A stretch of 63,245 nucleotides of DNA, counting the filler, from Thraustochytrium aureum (lineage: Eukaryota), in assembly GCA_012862495.1 (NCBI GenBank). It is 6 parts of 4 records of this genome, joined end to end, with 100 filler letters (N's around TTAATTAATTAA, not from the genome) between each part and the next. Parts side by side here need not be neighbours in the genome. Positions count along the whole stretch, not along the records: positions 1 to 15,372 come from BLSG01000165.1; 5 more parts are not named here. One strand, written 5' to 3'. This document shows positions 1 to 11,056 of this stretch, piece by piece. Both the position numbers and the translations under genes were made by a program. The stretch's first letter is position 1. Every line of letters starts with the position of its first letter. The notes under the pieces were generated by a model. It was not told where the DNA came from. It was given only the letters and a program-made list of their open reading frames with translations, and made no database searches.

Positions 1-3000
1 AAGCAAGCCGAAGCCGCGCCAGAGAGCACCGCGGCGTTTGCGCGCGCCGTCCTCGAGGCTGCCCGCGAGGCCGCCCCGCTCGCCCCCGAGCCGGTCAAGG
101 CCCTCGTTGCTCTTGCCGAGCAGTACGCGGACGGGCTCACCATGCTCAAGGTGAACATCTTGGCCCAGCTCGTCGACCGCTACGTCAACGTCGAGACCAA
201 GTTTGCCGACCTCGAGATGTCGGATGCCGCCGAGAAGGACGACGTGCTCCAGGAGCTGCGCAACGCGCACAAGGGCGACCTCAGCGTTGTGCTGGCCATG
301 ACGCTCGCCAACCTCTCGCGCGGGCCGCGCGACCTGCTCGTGGTCCGCATCGTGAACGCTCTCGAGCGGGTGGCCCACACCTCGAGCGACGACGCCGCCG
401 CGAAGAAGATTCGCGCCAGGTGCTCGGAAGTCATGCAGGAGGTCGCCGCGCTGAGCGGTGCAAAGACCACCGACGTGGCTCTGGAGGCCCGCCAGGGCCT
501 CATCGAGATGGAGCACTCGTACCAGGAGCGCATCGACGCCATCGAGGCCAAGCTGCGCGCCGCGATGGCCGGCGACTCGGCCGCGCGCGACGAGCTCGTC
601 TCGTCGACCGACCCGGTGCTCACCTTCCTGATGGATATCATCGTGCAGCCGTCGCGGTTTGACGCGTCTGTGCGCTCCAAGGCGATGCAGGTCTACGTGG
701 AGCGGGTCTACGCCTCATACACGCTCGTCAAGGTGGAGACCACCGAGACGGAGCAGGAGAACAACCGGACCTCGCTCATGGCCGAGTTTGTCTTTTTCTC
801 GGACGCCACCGACTCGGTCGAGGTCCCGGGCGGCACGCTGGCCAGCGTTTCCTCGTTCGACAACCTCACGTCCGTGCTCGCACTCGATGACTCTGGAAGC
901 GTGGCCTCGTCTTCGTTCCAAGAGGACTGGGCAAACAACCAGAGCGAGACAGAGAACAGCTCGGTTGGCATGGACATCGACACGTTTGACATCGCGCCGC
1001 TCCGCAAGGGGGCTGGCCTGCGGCAGGTCCGCAACAGGTCGATTGCGCGCCAGAGCTCGTCCTACAAGGCTCGCTCCGAGAGCGTCGAGGCCGAGAGCAA
1101 CGTGGTGCCGCCCTTTGTGCATCGCGCTGGCGCGCTCTTCCACTTTGCCGACCTGGGCGAGCTCAACGCCCACTTTGCGGCGCGCGTCGAGCGCCTCGGC
1201 GCCCGCACGCGCGAGCTCGTCTCGCAGGGCGNNNNNNNNNNNNNNNNNNNNNNNNNNNNNNNNNNNNNNNNNNNNNNNNNNNNNNNNNNNNNNNNNNNNN
1301 NNNNNNNNNNNNNNNNNNNNNNNNNNNNNNNNNNNNNNNNNNNNNNNNNNNNNNNNNNNNNNNNNNNNNNNNNNNNNNNNNNNNNNNNNNNNNNNNNNNN
1401 NNNNNNNNNNNNNNNNNNNNNNNNNNNNNNNNNNNNNNNNNNNNNNNNNNNNNNNNNNNNNNNNNNNNNNNNNNNNNNNNNNNNNNNNNNNNNNNNNNNN
1501 NNNNNNNNNNNNNNNNNNNNNNNNNNNNNNNNNNNNNNNNNNNNNNNNNNNNNNNNNNNNNNNNNNNNNNNNNNNNNNNNNNNNNNNNNNNNNNNNNNNN
1601 NNNNNNNNNNNNNNNNNNNNNNNNNNNNNNNNNNNNNNNNNNNNNNNNNNNNNNNNNNNNNNNNNNNNNNNNNNNNNNNNNNNNNNNNNNNNNNNNNNNN
1701 NNNNNNNNNNNNNNNNNNNNNNNNNNNNNNNNNNNNNNNNNNNNNNNNNNNNNNNNNNNNNNNNNNNNNNNNNNNNNNNNNNNNNNNNNNNNNNNNNNNN
1801 NNNNNNNNNNNNNNNNNNNNNNNNNNNNNNNNNNNNNNNNNNNNNNNNNNNNNNNNNNNNNNNNNNNNNNNNNNNNNNNNNNNNNNNNNNNNNNNNNNNN
1901 NNNNNNNNNNNNNNNNNNNNNNNNNNNNNNNNNNNNNNNNNNNNNNNNNNNNNNNNNNNNNNNNNNNNNNNNNNNNNNNNNNNNNNNNNNNNNNNNNNNN
2001 NNNNNNNNNNNNNNNNNNNNNNNNNNNNNNNNNNNNNNNNNNNNNNNNNNNNNNNNNNNNNNNNNNNNNNNNNNNNNNNNNNNNNNNNNNNNNNNNNNNN
2101 NNNNNNNNNNNNNNNNNNCGGGCTCGTTTGGCACGCGCGAGGACGACCTCTTCGACCGCGCGTCCAAGCACGCGCGCAGCTTGGGGATCCCGCGCATCTA
2201 CGTCGCGGCCAACTCGGGGGCCCGCATCGGCATGGCCGACGAGGTGAAGAGCGTCTTCAACGTGCAGTGGATCAACCCGGAGGAGCCCGCCAAGGGGTTT
2301 GAGTACCTCTACGTGACGGAGGACACGTACGAGCAGCTCGGGCCGGATGGGCGCAAGTCTATCATGGCCTCGCGCGTGCCTGGGACGGACCGTTTCCGGA
2401 TCGACGCCATCATCGGCGAGGGGCGCGACCTGGGCGTCGAGAACCTGCGCGGCAGCGGCACGATCGCCGGCGAGACGGCGCGCGCCTACGAGGACTCGTT
2501 CACGCTCACGTACGTGTCGGGCCGCAACGTGGGCATCGGCGCGTACCTGACCCGTCTGGGCCAGCGCGTGATCCAGAAGGGCAAGGACGCGCCGATTCTG
2601 CTCACCGGGTTCCAGGCGCTCAACTCGCTCATGGGGCGCGACGTGTACACGTCCAACCTGCAGCTTGGCGGGACCAACATCATGTACCTGAACGGCGTCT
2701 CGCACCACCGCGTGCGCCACGACCTGGAGGGCATCATCAAGACCGTCAACTGGCTCTCGTACGTGCCGGAGTGCCGGGGGGCCCCGCTGCCCCTGTCGAT
2801 GCTCTCGGTGGGCGACCACGTGGACCGCCCGGTCGCGGTCCACCCGAACAACCTGCCCAGCGACTACGACCCGCGCCTCATTCTCGAGGGGTACCACGCC
2901 AAGCCCAGCGGCGCGGAGGGCGCGGAGGGCGAGTGGGTGCCCGGGTTTTTCGACCGCGACTCGTTTACAGAGTCGCTGGGCGGCTGGGCCAAGACTGTCA

Positions 3001-3813
3001 TCACTGGGCGGGCGCGCCTCGGCAACATCCCGATGGGGGTCATCATGTCGGAGATCCGCACTGTGGAGGCGCGGGCGCCCGCCGACCCCGCTGCGCCGGA
3101 CTCGCAGGAGCGCGTTTGGCAGCAGGCTGGCCAGGTCTGGTTCCCGGACTCTAGCTACAAGACTGCCCAGGCGATCGCCGACTTTGACCGCGAGGAGCTG
3201 CCGCTGATCATCTTTGCCAACTGGCGCGGGTTCTCGGGCGGCCAGCGCGACATGTTTGACGAGATCCTCAAGTTTGGCTCGATGATCGTCGAGAACCTGA
3301 TCCACTACGGCCAGCCTGTCTTTGTGTACATCCCGCCCGGCGGGGAGATGCGCGGCGGCTCGTTCGTCGTGGTGGACCCCACGATCAACTCCGAGATGAT
3401 GGAGATGTACTGCGACCCGGAGGGCCGCGCCAACGTGCTCGAGCCGGCCGGCGCGGTCAAGATCAAGTTCAAGTCAAAGGACATCCTCGCCACGGCGCAC
3501 CGCCTGGACGCCAAACTGATCGCCTTGGACGCGGAGCTCCGCGCGGCTGCCTCCGGAGGCCAGCCCGCTGAGGCGCAGGCGGCCATCAGGGCCGCTATCA
3601 AGAAGCGCGAGGACCTGATCGCGCCCGTGTTCCACCAGATCGCCATCCAGTTTGCCGACTTGCACGACCGTCCGGAGCGCGCGCTCAACAAGGGCGTGAT
3701 CCGCGACATCATCCCGCTCGAGCGCGCGCGCGGGTACTTTTACCACCGGCTGCGCCGCCGCCTCGCGGAGATCAAGGTCACCAAGGAGATCAAGCAGGCC
3801 CTGTTCGAGGGCG
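1..3813 (+). CDS. ACC1: Acetyl-CoA carboxylase (eukaryotic multidomain), partial: central region and carboxyltransferase domain, interrupted by N gaps
   Basis: Motifs GIPRIYVAANSGARIGMADE, GVENLRGSGTIAGET, GIGAYLTRLGQR, WAKTVITGRARLG, QQAGQVWFPDS, ANWRGFSGGQRDM, FADLHD. Confidence 0.96.
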
Positions 3814-4650
3814 NNNNNNNNNNNNNNNNNNNNNNNNNNNNNNNNNNNNNNNNNNNNNNNNNNNNNNNNNNNNNNNNNNNNNNNNNNNNNNNNNNNNNNN
3901 NNNNNNNNNNNNNNNNNNNNNNNNNNNNNNNNNNNNNNNNNNNNNNNNNNNNNNNNNNNNNNNNNNNNNNNNNNNNNNNNNNNNNNNNNNNNNNNNNNNN
4001 NNNNNNNNNNNNNNNNNNNNNNNNNNNNNNNNNNNNNNNNNNNNNNNNNNNNNNNNNNNNNNNNNNNNNNNNNNNNNNNNNNNNNNNNNNNNNNNNNNNN
4101 NNNNNNNNNNNNNNNNNNNNNNNNNNNNNNNNNNNNNNNNNNNNNNNNNNNNNNNNNNNNNNNNNNNNNNNNNNNNNNNNNNNNNNNNNNNNNNNNNNNN
4201 NNNNNNNNNNNNNNNNNNNNNNNNNNNNNNNNNNNNNNNNNNNNNNNNNNNNNNNNNNNNNNNNNNNNNNNNNNNNNNNNNNNNNNNNNNNNNNNNNNNN
4301 NNNNNNNNNNNNNNNNNNNNNNNNNNNNNNNNNNNNNNNNNNNNNNNNNNNNNNNNNNNNNNNNNNNNNNNNNNNNNNNNNNNNNNNNNNNNNNNNNNNN
4401 NNNNNNNNNNNNNNNNNNNNNNNNNNNNNNNNNNNNNNNNNNNNNNNNNNNNNNNNNNNNNNNNNNNNNNNNNNNNNNNNNNNNNNNNNNNNNNNNNNNN
4501 NNNNNNNNNNNNNNNNNNNNNNNNNNNNNNNNNNNNNNNNNNNNNNNNNNNNNNNNNNNNNNNNNNNNNNNNNNNNNNNNNNNNNNNNNNNNNNNNNNNN
4601 NNNNNNNNNNNNNNNNNNNNNNNNNNNNNNNNNNNNNNNNNNNNNNNNNN

Positions 4651-4997
4651 CACGGCGGAGGCGGCTGCCCGACGCGCTCAAGCTGACGGATGCAGCCGTC
4701 GAGCGCGTCAAAATGCTGCTGTCGCGCAACCCTGAGGCCAAGGCGGTCAAGCTGGGCGTGAAGCGCCGGGGGTGCAACGGGCTCTCGTACACGCTCAACT
4801 ATGCGGACGAGGTTGACAAGTTTTCTGACAAGGTCGAGAAGGACGGCGTCGTGGTCGTGATCGAGCCGAAGGCGCTCATGCACCTCATCGGGACGGTCAT
4901 GGACTACCACGAGGACGAGCTGACAGCAGAGTTTCGATTCGAGAACCCGAACGCCAAGGGGAGCTGCGGCTGCGGGGAGAGCTTCAACGTGAACTAG
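4651..4997 (+). CDS. ISCA1: Iron-sulfur cluster assembly protein IscA/ISA1 (5' end in gap); a separate gene from ACC
   Basis: [12 protein letters not shown] and [18 protein letters not shown] signature. Confidence 0.95.
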
Positions 4998-5317
4998 TCG
5001 TCTCTCTAGAGCTGCTTGGCGCGCGCCCTGCCCTGCGGTGCGAGGCGCGTTTGCTATTCTCTCCTTGTGTAAACGAAGCGTTTGTCCGTCCAGTCCTCAG
5101 CCGACCCTTGTTGTTACCCCGCTCTTGGTTGATAGTTCTCTCGAGCCAGCTAGCTAGCAGAGCCCACTCGACACTCGGGAGAATGCCTTGGGCGCGGCGC
5201 CGCGGCGCCCCTTGCCCGCGCAACCAGAACGACCTTTACAAAACTGAAAAGCAACCAGAACACAAGAAACAAACAAGGGGGCAGTACTTGTTACTACAGA
5301 CTTCAGAGTATCCGATT

Positions 5318-6120
5318 TTAAATATCCACAGAGCCTCGACTTGATGCGGCGGCGTCCGACTCGAGCGCCGGCTCTGCGACCTCCAGCAAGCCAAGCTGGC
5401 CAAGCAGCGCCTCAAACTCGGGCTCCGCAACGCGAAACTGGTAGTCGAGAATCTGCACCACCGCAAGCTCGCACTCGTTCAAGACCAGCAACGGCAAGCC
5501 ACTTGCCTTGGACCAAAACTCGTTGTTGAGCGGCTCGTCCTCGGAGAACTTGGACACGCAGAGCATGGTGACAACCACCAGCCGGTGCACGCACAACGTC
5601 GTGATCTCCATGTCGGGAGCGTGACCCATGACGCGGTCGATCAGCACAAGCGAGCACAGCAGGGTCCGGAAACCCAGGCTGTACGAGTCTCGAAACCTGT
5701 TTGCGCACGACATTTCGATGTCAAACTCGTTTATCGCCCGCACCACTCTCAGCAGCACCGTCGCAAGGTCCACCGCGTGCCGCGTACTGGCAAACAGGCA
5801 GGCGGTGAGGTTCTGCGGCGGCTCGTTCGCGGCCGCCCAGGCCTCCTCAGGGGGGCCTTAGCCGGCCCTCTGGCAGCGCTGCCGCGCTCGGCCACGTTCC
5901 ACATGGCCTTCGCCAGCCTCCTGACCGCCTCCTCTTCGCGTTCCTGCCTCGCCTTGCGCCACTCGGCCAGCCTTTCGGTGGCATTCCTGGCGAAACATTG
6001 GCGCTCCGCGGACGCAGCAGGATCTGCGCGTCCAAGCAGGTCCTCAGCCCGCTGCTTCGACCCAACTTTCGCGGGGCGTTGCACGGCCACACGCGTACTG
6101 CGCTCTGCCGGCACGCCCAT
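5318..6120 (-). CDS. P-type/PHO80-like cyclin; apparent +1 frameshift near 5853
   Basis: SLVLIDR...VHRLVVVTMLCVSKFSEDEPLNNEFWSKASGLPLLVLNECEL matches the cyclin-P/PHO80 box; ATG at 6120 joins by removing one base in a C run. Confidence 0.8.
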
Positions 6121-7178
6121 CCTGCTACCGTCTTCTTTTAACTTAATGCTCGAGCGCGTCGCGGGTCTGCGGCCTCCTGGACGGCGTCGCGCGGGCGAAT
6201 CTCCCGACAAACACAGCACCAAAAAACGCCAGAAAAACGCCGCAAAAACCAACCAAATCCGCAGAATTCATTCAGAAAAACGCTCCGCGGCACCGCAGCC
6301 CAGCCGCCGCAGGCCAAGCCTCCGAGTCCTTCTNNNNNNNNNNNNNNNNNNNNNNNNNNNNNNNNNNNNNNNNNNNNNNNNNNNNNNNNNNNNNNNNNNN
6401 NNNNNNNNNNNNNNNNNNNNNNNNNNNNNNNNNNNNNNNNNNNNNNNNNNNNNNNNNNNNNNNNNNNNNNNNNNNNNNNNNNNNNNNNNNNNNNNNNNNN
6501 NNNNNNNNNNNNNNNNNNNNNNNNNNNNNNNNNNNNNNNNNNNNNNNNNNNNNNNNNNNNNNNNNNNNNNNNNNNNNNNNNNNNNNNNNNNNNNNNNNNN
6601 NNNNNNNNNNNNNNNNNNNNNNNNNNNNNNNNNNNNNGGCTCCCCACTGCACGCGGATTCAGCCACGCCAGAGCCGAATCAGGCCGCGCTGGGCGCCACA
6701 AATGCGGCGATCGCGGCCGGCGGCTCTTCTCGCGACCTGCGCCGCCAACGGGCTGGCCGCGGCTGGCCAGCAGCCGCCGCTTGGCCGAGGCATCAAGAGC
6801 AAGAGCGAGCGTCGTGCTCCTTCGTCAAAGATGCGGCTGGGCAGACTCGCGATGAACCTACTTACCCACCCAAAACGCCAGCAACGCGCGGCCGCGCGAC
6901 TCCTGTGCAAGAACTGCTGCGCCAGTACAACAACGGGGATCCGGGATCCGGACGGCCGCGCGTCGCGGCCTGCAGCAGAGGCGCTGCGTGCGGGCCGCGC
7001 TGCAGGTTTCAGGTCGACCCACTCGCCTTGCCGGCGCTGGTCCTCGAGGTGGACGGACGGACGGACGGACGCACAGCCTCTGCAACGTCGTGCTCGAGCG
7101 GGGGCCCGCCAGGCAGCGGTGCAAGCAGAAGAGCAACGAGGCGGCGAGGTCCAACGACACAAAAATACTTGCGATTGC

Positions 7179-8332
7179 TCAAGCTTCCCCCAGCGCCTCG
7201 TGGAGCGCCGCCGCTTCAGCCTCCGTGAGGAACGCTGGGCCTCCGGAGGTCTCAGCGACAGGGCCGCGTTCCACTGGGGGCTCGGAAGTGTCGCTTTTCG
7301 CTTTCGCGCGAGGCGAGCGAGATCGGCCGGGGGCTTTCTTGACCTTGCGCCGACGCGCCTTCTTGAGCCTCTTCTCGGCCTTTTGCTCGGCGAGCCAGTC
7401 CTCCTGGAGCTGGACCAGCTCGGCGGCGCTTATCTCTGCCACCTTGACGGGATGAGCGTGCCGCTCGGGGGACGCGCGGTCCTCCTCAACGTCGCTCGAG
7501 GCGTCGCCGTTTTCGGCATGCCTGGGCCCGCGGCCAAGGCCCGACGTGCGCGACTTGGAGTGCGACTTGGAGGGAGAGCGAGCGGGCCTCTCGGCGCCCG
7601 GCACTGGCTCGCGAGCAACCAGCTGCCGACCGCGGTGGGAAATAGGTTTGCGCGGCTTGCGGCCAGGTGCGGCTGGGCGGCGAACGATGCGAGGCGAAAA
7701 GCGCGCAACAGTTTCGTACGGGAGGTGCCGAGCCGCAGCGCGGATTGCGGCCGCGTCCACCGTGCGCGGCGGCCGCTTTGTGATCGCGCGCTTGCTGCAG
7801 TCGTTGGCTTTGGCACCTGACACCGCGCTGGCGAGCTCGAGCTTTCGCGCGACCCGCGCACGGTCCGCGCGCTTCTTGGCGTCCAGAAAGACAGCAAGGC
7901 GCTCCTGGTACGCTTGCACCTTGACCTTGCAGGACGACGGGGCTGTGGCCGGCAAAGCGCGCTGCAGCACCACGGAGGTGAAAGCCTTGCCAGCGGCGAC
8001 TTGCTTGACCTGGTCGATGATCTCTGGGTGCAGGACGGGCAGGTCTTGCTGCAAAACTTGCGCTCCCAAGCCAAGCTGGCCGTGGTCGTTGCTCCCCCAA
8101 ACGTACAAGTCGCCGTCCTGCGTCGCGGCGCAAGAGTGAAACATCCCGAACGCGATGCTGGAGATTCCGAGCCCCGAGAGCAGGCCGACCTTGGTCAGCA
8201 TCGAGCGGTGCGCGCGGTCGCCCAGCCCGAGCTGCCCGCTCTCGTTTTCGCCACATACGTAGACGCTGCCGTTGTCGGCCAGCACGCCGAGGTGCGAGTG
8301 CCCGCAGCTCACGTCCACAAACGTCGGCTGCG

Positions 8333-8363
<31 letters not shown>

Positions 8364-9906
8364 CTGCTTCCTGCTCGGAGCCAGGATTCTCGCAAACCGG
8401 TTGAGCTCCGGGTCGTCCTCGGCCACGCGCCGGCCGAAGCAGCCGCGAAGGCCCCACCCGGCCGTGTACAGCAAGCCGGGACCGCACAGCACAGCGGTGT
8501 GCCTCGCCCCGCAGCTAATCTGGAACGGATCCAGGCCGTCGAGGTCGCTCAGCTCGACGGGGTGTCGGTGGACAAGCCCCTTGCCACCGCCCAGGGCNNN
8601 NNNNNNNNNNNNNNNNNNNNNNNNNNNNNNNNNNNNNNNNNNNNNNNNNNNNNNNNNNNNNNNNNNNNNNNNNNNNNNNNNNNNNNNNNNNNNNNNNNNN
8701 NNNNNNNNNNNNNNNNNNNNNNNNNNNNNNNNNNNNNNNNNNNNNNNNNNNNNNNNNNNNNNNNNNNNNNNNNNNNNNNNNNNNNNNNNNNNNNNNNNNN
8801 NNNNNNNNNNNNNNNNNNNNNNGGCGCTCTGCTTGTGGCGGGTCTCTGCGTACTCGTGGTACACCTGCGAGTTGGAGCCGTCGTCGCGCAGTCGGAGGCA
8901 GTCTATGCAGCCCGCGCTTGTGCCCTCACACGAGCCGAGCTGGCCGTGCGCGTTGGACCCGCACATGAGGAGGCGGCCGTCGTCGGTGACAAGCGCGGTG
9001 TGCGCGAGCCCGCATGCAACCTGGGTGATCCGCGACCTGAGGACCCCGTCGCGGTCAATGCTCCGCCAGTGCGTAAATTCGATCCGCTGGTCAAAGTCGC
9101 CGTGCCCGAGCTGCCCATCGGCCCCGCTCCCTGCCGTCAGGAGACGCCCGTCAGAGAGCACAACGCCCATGTGGCTCGCCCCGCACGCCACCGTTCGAAT
9201 AAACTCCTCGACGACGCTCTCGGGCGCGTTGGCCGAGCCCGCTTGCTGGCCTTGCACAAACGCGGCAGACGAGCCGCCGACTGCCGAGCCGCCTGGCCCT
9301 CCTCCGCGCTCAGCCGCGCCTCCCGATGGAGTCAACTGCGAGGCGGACCTGACCTTGCGCCGGTTGCCTGCCGCCCCCGAGGTCTCGCGCAAGCTCCGCG
9401 CGACGGGGACCATGTCGCGGCCCCCGTGGAGCTCGCCGAATGTATACACAAACCCGCCGTCGTTGTCGACGATCTCGACGCTCAGAATACTTGGCTCGAC
9501 CTTGCAGCGCCCTCCTACGCTCGAGAATCGGGGGTCGCCGCTCAGGGAGCAGTGCGTGAGCGTGGCGCTTTCGCGGATCGCCTCCACGTTGTCGTCGTCG
9601 ATGGCCATCACGCGCACCTTTTGCGGCGTCGCCCAGTACCCCGGCTGGCCCTCCACCTGGGCGTCGTAGCAAAACCGCACCACCTTGGGCGAGGCGCGAA
9701 CCCTGGCCGTTCGGGTCGTCCACTTGCACCATCACGTCGGCGTCCGGCCGCTCGCTGAGCCGAATCGTGTAAAAGTCGCAGGCCCCGCCCTCCACGACGC
9801 GCAGCAAGCTCTTCGACAGCAGGATTTTGCACGGCATTTTCGCCTCCTGCGGCCGCTCCACGGCAAGGCAGCTCTGCGCTGTCGGCGCTCGCGCGGCGCC
9901 GTCCAT
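7179..9906 (-). CDS. RCC1-repeat protein with N-terminal Calx-beta/Ig-like domain; frameshift near 9702 and an N gap
   Basis: Multiple VACG.SH / G.N..GQLG RCC1 repeats; N-terminus VVEGG..YTIRL..RP..DV.V...W.TPQ.VRVMAIDDD...LTH...VEIVDND. Confidence 0.8.
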
Positions 9907-11056
9907 GGCCGCCGCGGCCAGGGCAGCAGCAGCGCAAAGAAATACGCGACAATTGGGGCCCGGGACGTGCTCGCTCGCGAGATGGCCCTGGCGAAGGCGC
10001 GCTGCGCCGCAACCAGCCAGCACGCACTCCTGCTCGGCATCTGGCCGCTCCGCCGCGATTCCTGCGCACTTATCCGTTGAGTGGCCGTCGGACATGGGCA
10101 GCCCAGGCGCCGTGGCTCGTGAGTCGAGTTGTGACAGAACGAGCGGGCGGCGGACGCAGGCTCGGCAAGGCGCTTGCTTCGGGCTCTTGGTTGTCCGTCC
10201 GGAGTCCCACGGGACTGGTTTGGGGGTTGCTCTTCAGCCAAGCGGAAAGACAGAACAACAGACAGGAAGCGAACGTGACGCACTCCGGCGAGGCTTCCTG
10301 CCTTTCGTGACTCGAGCCATGGTGGCCGGGCGCGTGCCTTCACATGCTTCGCGAGGAGGTTGCTTGGGCCATCTGCTTTGATCCGCAAATGATCAACAGC
10401 ACGTTTGTCAACACCGCAAGGCTGTCTGTCATCCGTCAACCGATGCGTCATCTGGATACCTTTGATTCGCATTTGGCGTCTGGTCCTCCTGGGGCTGGAC
10501 CGGGTCGTCCCGATCGAGCCGCCTCCGTGGCGAGCCGCGAGATGGCCCTGTTGGTGCTTTCTGGCCTCATAAGGTTCGGCAGCGCACTTTCGCTCCCCTT
10601 TCGCGGTCACACCTCCCGTCGTAGCGCTAAACCGCCCCAACCAACATCAACCACGAACGGCAACGAGGGGGAACAAGGCCGCCGCCAAGATGGGCCCACA
10701 CGCAACGCCAAGCTCTACGTGGCCAATGTCAAAGTGCGCTCAAGTGTCTGGACCGCGCTTTATGAGAGTATCCGCACCTTCGACGTCGCGACGCCGAAGA
10801 GCCGGCCATCAGCAGCCGCGGCCTCTGGTTCGCCGCCAAGCCCCATAGTCGAGCAAGTCGTGGTCTTCAAGGCGCACGACGACCTCGGGGACTACGCCAT
10901 CGACAAGGAGGAGCAGGACCGATCAGCTTTCGAGGCCGTCGCAGTGAAAAGCGAGGCCAAGCGCCTCAAGGCCGGGGCCGTCTCCTGCGATTTCAACCTG
11001 CTGCAGGGGCCGGTCCTTGCCTCAATCGAATTACTTTTTTCGTTTTGGAAAGACCT

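Noticed and set aside
2181..4997. ACC-IscA fusion suggested by the ORF track
   Set aside because: Artefact of reading through an N gap
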